This document shows, one piece after another, positions 17,021-23,250 of a stretch of 24,043 nt of DNA (the first letter of the stretch is position 1; every line of letters starts with the position of its first letter). Location: positions 1 to 24,043 of IMG/VR virus record IMGVR_UViG_3300034355_000015; one strand, written 5' to 3'. The notes below the pieces were generated by a model, which saw only the letters and a program-made list of their open reading frames with translations, was not told where the DNA came from and made no database searches. The position numbers and the translations under genes were made by a program. The DNA is from a virus (Duplodnaviria; Caudoviricetes).

Positions 17021-18835
17021 TTAGATAGGTAGTCGCCGTGCGACTGTTGCTTGTAGATTAGGTTCACCACGGGCACCGAGAGATGCAAGTAATGATTGAA
17101 CATCTGGTCTACCGCCTGGAGCGATTTGTCCTGGAGCGATGCCTTGCATACGCCCTGACTCGCTCATGCCCATTGGAAGTTGCCCAACACCTGCTGCGCT
17201 CTCACTTGGCATGCCCATAGATTCGGGACTTACTGAGCCTGGGGCTGCAGCAGGTGCGGGATTCTGCGGTTGAAACGCCTCTTGGATAGCAACTTCAATA
17301 GAAGTTCCCTTTTGGCGTTCAGTAATAACATACGAAAGTTTGCGTAGGATGTCGGATGGGTCTTGTCCTTGACTTGCAAGGGCTGGTATTGCTTGTGCGT
17401 ATGAAGCAATTGCTTGTTTCATAGCATCACGGAGTTCTTCTGTCTCTACCTTTTGTTCTTCATTAGTTGCATTGAAGGAGAAAGGCATCTGTCGGCGTAG
17501 GAAATCACGAGAAATCAACTTGTCACCTCGTGCTTGTAGTCCAAATACTAATGCACGGTTAGGGTCAAGTCCTGCCATTAAGCCATATTGAATATCTACG
17601 GTGTAATCACCTGCAATATCACGGGCTGGCTTGTATTTAATATCGTAAGGTGTTCCATTGTATACACCTCGTAGTTGTTTTTCTTCGTCTTTAAAGATTT
17701 TTTCATCAACTTTAAGAGCAAGTGCTAACAATTCGGTAAAGGCACGGGCAAACATTGCATGTGCAGTCTTAATTTGTGTATCAAAACCACCCATAAGTGC
17801 TTTAACGCCTTGACCTGTAATAATAGAAGCATCTGAATTACCAGTTCTTGCTTCTGGGAAGCGTGAGCCTAGACGGAGTTCGCTCTCAAGAACCTGTGAC
17901 TGTGCGAACACATTATTAGGTAGTTCAAGTGGGACTCTGCGAATCTCATTAGGCTTGCTTGAACGCATAATTGCATCTGGTCCAAGGGCTAACTCCTGAC
18001 TGTCGAGTGGCATAGCGATAGGCGCTTGCACTGATTTAGTTGCTGCTTCAAGTGAAAGCAACGCATAGCGTGCTTTAGCAACTTGAATAGCAAGAACATC
18101 ATCAAATTGTCCACGAGATTGGTCGTCAATTGATGGTCGTTGAACAACTCTAATCATGCACTCACCCATTATATTGGTTGCTCTATCCAACACAAGGTTG
18201 TTTTTATTAGGCATGAAGATTAAATCTTGGTCTTTATCGTGGAAACGAACAATCTCAGACATGGTAGAAGTGTTGTTCTTATCGTAAATAAGGTGTGCTA
18301 CTTCTGGATACTTAGCCATTAGTTCTTCTGTTGGTTTATTCATGCGCTGGAAGAACATAGTTACACGACCATAACGGTCAATAACTGGGTAAGAACCTAG
18401 GGAATCAAAGAACTTAATGCGTGGCATGTTCTCATCTATGTCAATTTCAACCTGTGCTGGAACGAATCCGTAGGTTACATAGCGGTCTGCAGCATTAAAC
18501 ATCTGGGTCTGTAGGTCAGAGAAGTTAACAATACCGTTAACAATTTCTCCACGCTTATCTGCCTTCTTGCGCTGTGTTTCTGATGCCATTGATGTAGATG
18601 TGCATGAAAACGATGGTAGTGGTGCAATAACCTCTGATAAGTCACGGGCTGCAATATCAACCATGTTGGCAACAATAGGGTTCTCGAAAGGACCATCTGG
18701 GAAAAGGTCTGGGTAAACATCTCGCATCTTACCTTGTCGAACCATAAGAACTTGATTCATGCGTTGGTCACGGTCGTCATACATACGGCGATAACGGTCA
18801 TAATAGTTCTTAACTTCTTCAACTGATAGTGCCAT
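17021..18835 (-). CDS. Portal protein (about 604 aa)
   Basis: Immediately after the terminase, typical size, helical, with a Pro/Gly-rich C-terminal tail. RBS AGGAGG fits ATG 18835. Confidence 0.85.
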   Translation of the reverse strand: MALSVEEVKNYYDRYRRMYDDRDQRMNQVLMVRQGKMRDVYPDLFPDGPFENPIVANMVDIAARDLSEVIAPLPSFSCTSTSMASETQRKKADKRGEIVNGIVNFSDLQTQMFNAADRYVTYGFVPAQVEIDIDENMPRIKFFDSLGSYPVIDRYGRVTMFFQRMNKPTEELMAKYPEVAHLIYDKNNTSTMSEIVRFHDKDQDLIFMPNKNNLVLDRATNIMGECMIRVVQRPSIDDQSRGQFDDVLAIQVAKARYALLSLEAATKSVQAPIAMPLDSQELALGPDAIMRSSKPNEIRRVPLELPNNVFAQSQVLESELRLGSRFPEARTGNSDASIITGQGVKALMGGFDTQIKTAHAMFARAFTELLALALKVDEKIFKDEEKQLRGVYNGTPYDIKYKPARDIAGDYTVDIQYGLMAGLDPNRALVFGLQARGDKLISRDFLRRQMPFSFNATNEEQKVETEELRDAMKQAIASYAQAIPALASQGQDPSDILRKLSYVITERQKGTSIEVAIQEAFQPQNPAPAAAPGSVSPESMGMPSESAAGVGQLPMGMSESGRMQGIAPGQIAPGGRPDVQSLLASLGARGEPNLQATVARRLPI

Positions 18836-18847
18836 GTTCACCTCCTA

Positions 18848-20746
18848 TCATTGTGTATATGCGTAATCATTTAAGTTAACGGTCATTTGTTGGTTTCTGT
18901 CATGTCTTGTTTGGAACATATTGTATGAATTATGTGTGCGAGCAAACATACTTGCATTAGCAACTCTGTCTCTTACCGCTAGTTCTGCAAACCAGAACGC
19001 CATAACACAGTCAGTCTTTTGGCTGCGTGGAGCCTCTGGATACCAAGTAACCAGTTGCTCTACTAAAGCCTTTAGACCTTCGGATTGGTGCGTAGATGGA
19101 AACTCAATAAGGTTTAAACCTTCTTCATAACCATGAAACAATGTGGTAAGAGATGCCACACCGAAGTCTGTATCCCATTTATTGTTTCCAGTATGGTGTT
19201 CTTTGAGTGTGGCACCTCTTGTTTGTAGGTATTCCCGCACCTCACGGTCCTGAGTTAACATCGCTTGAAATGCATTTTTTTCAACACGCCACTCAGAAAT
19301 TGAATACTTGTCTGTCCAGTCTTTAATTAAACTTCTAATGTCATCAGGTTTCATACCCTGTTGGTTTGACACATCAAGCAAATACCTCTTTTGGGTAGAA
19401 ACATCAATGCCAATACACACAGCAGCGGTATACCCAGCCATGGCGGGGTCAAGCCCAGCAACCACAATGAGACCATCCATACCGTTATGTCGGTTACCTG
19501 CTTTGTTCTTTGGGATGATACCAATGTTACGAGAACCGTTAATAACACCCTTGACTGCTTCTTGTGGGAAAGCACTATCTTCGTGAACATGCTGTTGCTG
19601 ATAAACCATAGCCCAGAGATTGGGCGACATCCGACTGCGCTTCTTAGTGAGCGCCTCACCTGTCCACTTGTCGTAGAGACCATTAGCATCTGGTATACCA
19701 TTGCCAGACACTGGGGGCATATTGGTTTTAGCCCAAAGGGTAACCCAATCCTTCGGTTCATCGGCAAACTCCAATACCGCAGGTTGAGCGAAATAAGTCC
19801 AAGGAGAAGTTTCGTCTGGATAACGCATGGGGTCACGGAGTTCGGAATATAAATCCTTAGGGCGTAATCTTGTGCCTACTACCAGTAACTTACCGCCATC
19901 GTAATCAATACGAGACATAACTTCTGATTGAATCCAGTCAATCTGTTTTTCATATTCATGGGCGTTGGTATGGTCAACACAGTCATCCATGATGATTAGG
20001 TCGGCACGGGCACCGTAGATATGTCCACGAATACCAATAGCCTGAACCGTTGGGTCTTTTTCACCAGAGTCACGAGACTCAGATGATAGGTAAATTAAGT
20101 CCTGCTTCCACGAATCAGAGTTCTTTTCAAATCCGCCTGGAGGTCCAAAGGCGAGGTGTAAGTCCTGATAACGAGGATGGGTGAGTCTGTTCTTAATGGA
20201 GAGCAGGAACTTTTGCGCCATAGCCTGGGTTTTAGAAACAACCATGATACGGATGTTAGGGTTTTGGCAAATCCGATACACGGCATAGTTGACTGTAATA
20301 GTCGTTGACTTGGCGTGCTCTGGGGGAGTGTTTACGATGAGTAGGTCTTTATCCCCTGGCTCATAAATAATTGATGGGTGAACATCCGTAGGTGTCCTAG
20401 ATTCCAATAAATCAATCCAGTGGCGTTGATGTTCAAAAACTTGGACCCCAAGGTATTTTTCGGAAAAAATTTCAAATGGAGGTAGTTCTTCGGTCGGACC
20501 GCCTACTTCTCCACGGGCGGTCAGAGAGCGTAGTTTGTCTATACCTGCAGCAAAGTCAGGGTCTGTCTTACGATAATACTCGTAAGTCTTGACACTTCTC
20601 CCAACGGCATCCATGGCTCGTTGGACCGAGTAGCCTTGCATTAAAAAATCTATAATCTGCTTCTTTATGGCATCCGACTTATGGGATGCAGCAGTAACTC
20701 TTTTTCTTTCCATAGGCGTAGTAGCAATGCGACCTAATGGAAGCAT
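18848..20746 (-). CDS. terL: Terminase large subunit with N-terminal HTH extension (632 aa)
   Basis: Walker A-like PPEHAKST, GARADLIIMDD Walker B, VVGTR coupling motif, and nuclease residues in GLDPA, EKNAFQ and KTDCVMA; RBS GAAAGGA. Confidence 0.92.
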   Translation of the reverse strand: MLPLGRIATTPMERKRVTAASHKSDAIKKQIIDFLMQGYSVQRAMDAVGRSVKTYEYYRKTDPDFAAGIDKLRSLTARGEVGGPTEELPPFEIFSEKYLGVQVFEHQRHWIDLLESRTPTDVHPSIIYEPGDKDLLIVNTPPEHAKSTTITVNYAVYRICQNPNIRIMVVSKTQAMAQKFLLSIKNRLTHPRYQDLHLAFGPPGGFEKNSDSWKQDLIYLSSESRDSGEKDPTVQAIGIRGHIYGARADLIIMDDCVDHTNAHEYEKQIDWIQSEVMSRIDYDGGKLLVVGTRLRPKDLYSELRDPMRYPDETSPWTYFAQPAVLEFADEPKDWVTLWAKTNMPPVSGNGIPDANGLYDKWTGEALTKKRSRMSPNLWAMVYQQQHVHEDSAFPQEAVKGVINGSRNIGIIPKNKAGNRHNGMDGLIVVAGLDPAMAGYTAAVCIGIDVSTQKRYLLDVSNQQGMKPDDIRSLIKDWTDKYSISEWRVEKNAFQAMLTQDREVREYLQTRGATLKEHHTGNNKWDTDFGVASLTTLFHGYEEGLNLIEFPSTHQSEGLKALVEQLVTWYPEAPRSQKTDCVMAFWFAELAVRDRVANASMFARTHNSYNMFQTRHDRNQQMTVNLNDYAYTQ

Positions 20747-20887
20747 TGCAGTTTATCCTTTCCTAACCGTAGGCTGTAGCCCTAAGGCGGAAGCCGTAGG
20801 TTAGGGCAATAACTAGGGGGCAGCCTCTGGGCTGCCTATGAACTTTAGCGTAGGGCGACCATTATTTTGCCCTACATATACTATTAG

Positions 20888-20912
20888 GTGTCCAAAGGAC
20901 ACTTATTGGACA
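20888..20912. promoter_or_regulatory. Palindrome GTGTCC-AAA-GGACAC plus an extra GGACA half-site upstream of the late operon
   Basis: Perfect 6-bp inverted repeat at 20888-20902 beside an AT-rich segment, about 140 nt upstream of terL. Confidence 0.4.
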
Positions 20913-21006
20913 TTTTATTTGTAACTATTTTGTAACGGTTTACCTTTCAGGTAAAACCGCAGGTCAGAGCATGCAGACCCCAGGGCTATCAAAGTTATGT
21001 GGGTAG

Positions 21007-21034
21007 ATACACATACACACATACACACATATAT
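21007..21034. repeat. Short ATACAC(AC) tandem repeat
   Basis: ATACAC ATACACAC ATACACAC ATATAT. Confidence 0.8.
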
Positions 21035-21303
21035 TTAAAAACCTGGGGTCAAACATTTTGCTTAGCAATGCTTTTGTTTAAACTGCTTGCTGCTTTTGCT
21101 GCTGCTGCTGGCAAAACTAGGGCTGAGCAGTGCTATCTGCTGGCTTGGCGCTGACTCGTTGCTCGTATCAATCTCGCCCCGACCCAGCATACGCAGCGCA
21201 GCGCTTGGCTTGGCTGCATGCTTGGGCATCTCACTATGTGAGACGGGCATCTCAACATGTGGCAATGGCTCCACAATGCCCAATAAGTTACTCGTGAGTA
21301 ACT

Positions 21304-21507
21304 CTCTAAAGTCAGTTGTTTAATATCACTTTAGAGCATCGCAACATTTCAACATCGCTAAAGTCAGTATAAATCAATGGTTTTAGAGCATTACTCGCCA
21401 GTAACTTATTTTTTACCGCTTGCCAGCGCATGACCAATCGGAGGTAATCGTTTAAATCCAAATCGTTTAAACTGCTCTAAAGTCAGTTAAAATCAAGGGT
21501 TTTAGGG
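21304..21507 (+). repeat. Three imperfect 33-bp direct repeats with inverted ends (21304-21336, 21356-21388, 21475-21507)
   Basis: CTCTAAAGTCAGTTGTTTAATATCACTTTAGAG / CGCTAAAGTCAGTATAAATCAATGGTTTTAGAG / CTCTAAAGTCAGTTAAAATCAAGGGTTTTAGGG. Confidence 0.85.
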
Positions 21508-21511
21508 GTGC

Positions 21512-21540
21512 TTGTAATTTTGTTTAAACTCGTTTACCTT
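21512..21540 (+). promoter_or_regulatory. Predicted housekeeping-sigma promoter of the plus-strand operon
   Basis: TTGTAA-N17-TACCTT (TANNNT -10), with GTTTAAAC in the spacer. Predicted start near 21547, at the hairpin AGTGGA-ACAA-TCCACT. Confidence 0.55.
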
Positions 21541-21586
21541 TATCCCAGTGGAACAATCCACTACCGACTGGAAAGGTAACAACATC

Positions 21587-22117
21587 ATGAGAAATCGTGA
21601 ACAATGGCTCGCAGCGTTTGCAACTGCTGCTCGCCGACCAATCGCTCAATCAATCCAAGGTGGAGGCGAGGAGGAGAGCGCAATCCGTCTCTCTTGTGGC
21701 TTCCCTCCTAAAACTGGGCGCAAGGCTGCAACTGCTGCAATCGTGCCTCCAACTGCATCTCAGGATTTCACTGCTGAGATTTTCGTGGCTCCAACCGTTG
21801 ACCAAGCCTCCGAGGTAGCCAAGGCGATTATTCCCTTGCTCCGAGTGGCTCAATCAGGCAACTGGCGCTCAGCAGCACCAAGCGTTGCTCAACCCTTGGC
21901 TGACCTCCCAGCATGGGCAGAATCAATCCTCGAATCCCTTGGCGAATATCCTCACGCCAAAATCGAAATCGCTGCTGCTGCCAAGCAGACAACTCGCCTC
22001 ATCAAGGTTGCGTGTTTAAACGACAACTACATCGCCCGAATCTCTCGCTCAACGCTTGTGAATCTTGGCGCTCCAATCTGCCCAGCATGCAACATCTCAC
22101 TCGTGGAGGCTAACTAA
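21587..22117 (+). CDS. SprT-like zincin-family homolog lacking HExxH (176 aa)
   Basis: REQWL, IRLSCGFP, EIFVAP, LGEYPHA, KQTTRLIKVAC and GAPICPAC match a phage SprT-like family as I recall it; RBS GAAAGG favours ATG 21587. Confidence 0.65.
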   Translation: MRNREQWLAAFATAARRPIAQSIQGGGEEESAIRLSCGFPPKTGRKAATAAIVPPTASQDFTAEIFVAPTVDQASEVAKAIIPLLRVAQSGNWRSAAPSVAQPLADLPAWAESILESLGEYPHAKIEIAAAAKQTTRLIKVACLNDNYIARISRSTLVNLGAPICPACNISLVEAN

Positions 22118-22866
22118 TGACTACCTTCGGTTTAGAGTTCGAGGTCGCAGGTATCTCGACATCAGCAGCATCAGCAGCGCTCAATCGTGGCGGAATCGCT
22201 TGCGAGGAGCCACGCTCAGCACATCAGCGCAACGATAACTGGACATCAGTTTACGATGGCTCAGTTCGTGGAGCCGAGGTTGTCTCTCCAATCCTCGACC
22301 CAATCCGTTTAAACGAGGCATCAACCGTTGCCCGCTTGCTTCTCGGAGCAGGTGGCAAGGTTGACCGCACAACTGGCTTCCATGTCCATATCGGCGCTCA
22401 AGATTTAAGCGTGGACAATATCGCCCAGTGGTATCTCAACTGGAATCTAGTTCACGATGCAATCGGCGTGCTCGTTGCGCCAAGCCGTTTAAACAACTCA
22501 TACTGCAAATCGGTAAATCGTGAACATGCCGAGGCTAACGCCGAGCGCATCCGCAACGGCAAAATCTCCGACCTACGAGGCGACCGCTACCAATCGTTTA
22601 ACCTCGAAGCATACGGTCGCCATGGCACCCTCGAAATCCGACTACACCAAGGCACCCTCAACGGAGCCAAAGCGGTGGCGTGGGCAAAGTTCATTGATGC
22701 GTTTAAACAACTCAGTGCAACTCAATTACTGGCTCCTGAATCATTGGGCACTGGCACAAAATTGCAGCAGTGCACCAACCTCCTCAGCCTGCTAGTAATC
22801 CAAAGCGACCTTGACCTCAAGACCGCCGAGTATCTCAAAGACCGAGCAGCATCCCTCAACGGATAG
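22117..22866 (+). CDS. Putative amidoligase (COOH-NH2 ligase type 2, glutamine-synthetase-like fold), 249 aa
   Basis: TFGLEFE, YDGSV, GAEVVSPIL, TTGFHVH, RYQSFNL and HGTLEIRLHQGTLN motifs. Confidence 0.88.
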   Translation: MTTFGLEFEVAGISTSAASAALNRGGIACEEPRSAHQRNDNWTSVYDGSVRGAEVVSPILDPIRLNEASTVARLLLGAGGKVDRTTGFHVHIGAQDLSVDNIAQWYLNWNLVHDAIGVLVAPSRLNNSYCKSVNREHAEANAERIRNGKISDLRGDRYQSFNLEAYGRHGTLEIRLHQGTLNGAKAVAWAKFIDAFKQLSATQLLAPESLGTGTKLQQCTNLLSLLVIQSDLDLKTAEYLKDRAASLNG

Positions 22867-22875
22867 CAGCAGGCA

Positions 22876-22921
22876 GCCTGCCCCTAGTGGGTGAGCGAGG
22901 GTGCAATCCCCTCGGCAGGCA
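22876..22921 (+). ncRNA. tRNA-like element lacking the anticodon arm
   Basis: 7-bp stem GCCTGCC/GGCAGGC, 5-bp stem GAGGG/CCCTC with 7-nt loop TGCAATC, and a 14-nt connector containing TAGTGG. Confidence 0.6.
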
Positions 22922-22971
22922 CGAACGGATAGAGAAAATCTCTCTACCGTTTAAACAAAGGAGACTGGAAA

Positions 22972-23073
22972 ATGTATAACGCATTACCTTGGTGGCTGAC
23001 TTGGATAGATGGTCGTGCCTTACTGCTTGCCTTGCTTGCGGTCGGCTTCTATCTATATTCAAAGTTGGTATAA
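22972..23073 (+). CDS. 33-aa membrane microprotein (MYNALPWWLTWIDGRALLLALLAVGFYLYSKLV); not in the ORF track
   Basis: RBS AAGGAG 8 nt upstream; one hydrophobic helix. Confidence 0.7.
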   Translation: MYNALPWWLTWIDGRALLLALLAVGFYLYSKLV

Positions 23074-23077
23074 CAAA

Positions 23078-23224
23078 ATGTTATATATCATTGAAGGCAC
23101 CGACCCATCGGGTCGTAAGTTCAATAGTATTTACAACAAAGAGGATGCCGATTACCTATTGGCAGCCGACCGTTTAAACAGGCTGGTAAAAGTTATCAGC
23201 CCATGTGTTACACTTAACTCATAA
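23078..23224 (+). CDS. 48-aa hypothetical protein (MLYIIEGTDPSGRKFNSIY...)
   Basis: ATG 4 nt after the previous stop; fills the gap up to the GATase gene. Confidence 0.6.
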   Translation: MLYIIEGTDPSGRKFNSIYNKEDADYLLAADRLNRLVKVISPCVTLNS

Positions 23225-23250
23225 CAACTAGCAGACTGGAGAAATAAATT

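Noticed and set aside
9097-20286. Many 60-160 aa alternative-frame or antisense ORFs inside the structural genes
   Set aside because: Fully overlap well-supported genes; no recognisable motifs.
21062-21323. ORFs 21062..21283 (-) and 21087..21323 (+)
   Set aside because: No clear RBS, low complexity, and they overlap dyad sites; more likely non-coding.
21371-21503. IHF sites (AATCAA-N4-TTT) in repeats 2 and 3
   Set aside because: Imperfect match to WATCAANNNNTTR, and the inferred host group lacks E. coli-type IHF; not supportable.
21304-21507. Mini-CRISPR reading of the 33-bp repeats (copy 2 ends GTTTTAGAGC, like the start of type II-A repeats)
   Set aside because: Repeats diverge in the middle, gaps are 19 and 86 bp, the match is at the wrong end and only 10 nt long, and no cas gene is in the window.
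22876-22921. Canonical tRNA gene
   Set aside because: Only 46 nt, with no anticodon arm or D stem; kept only as a tRNA-like element.
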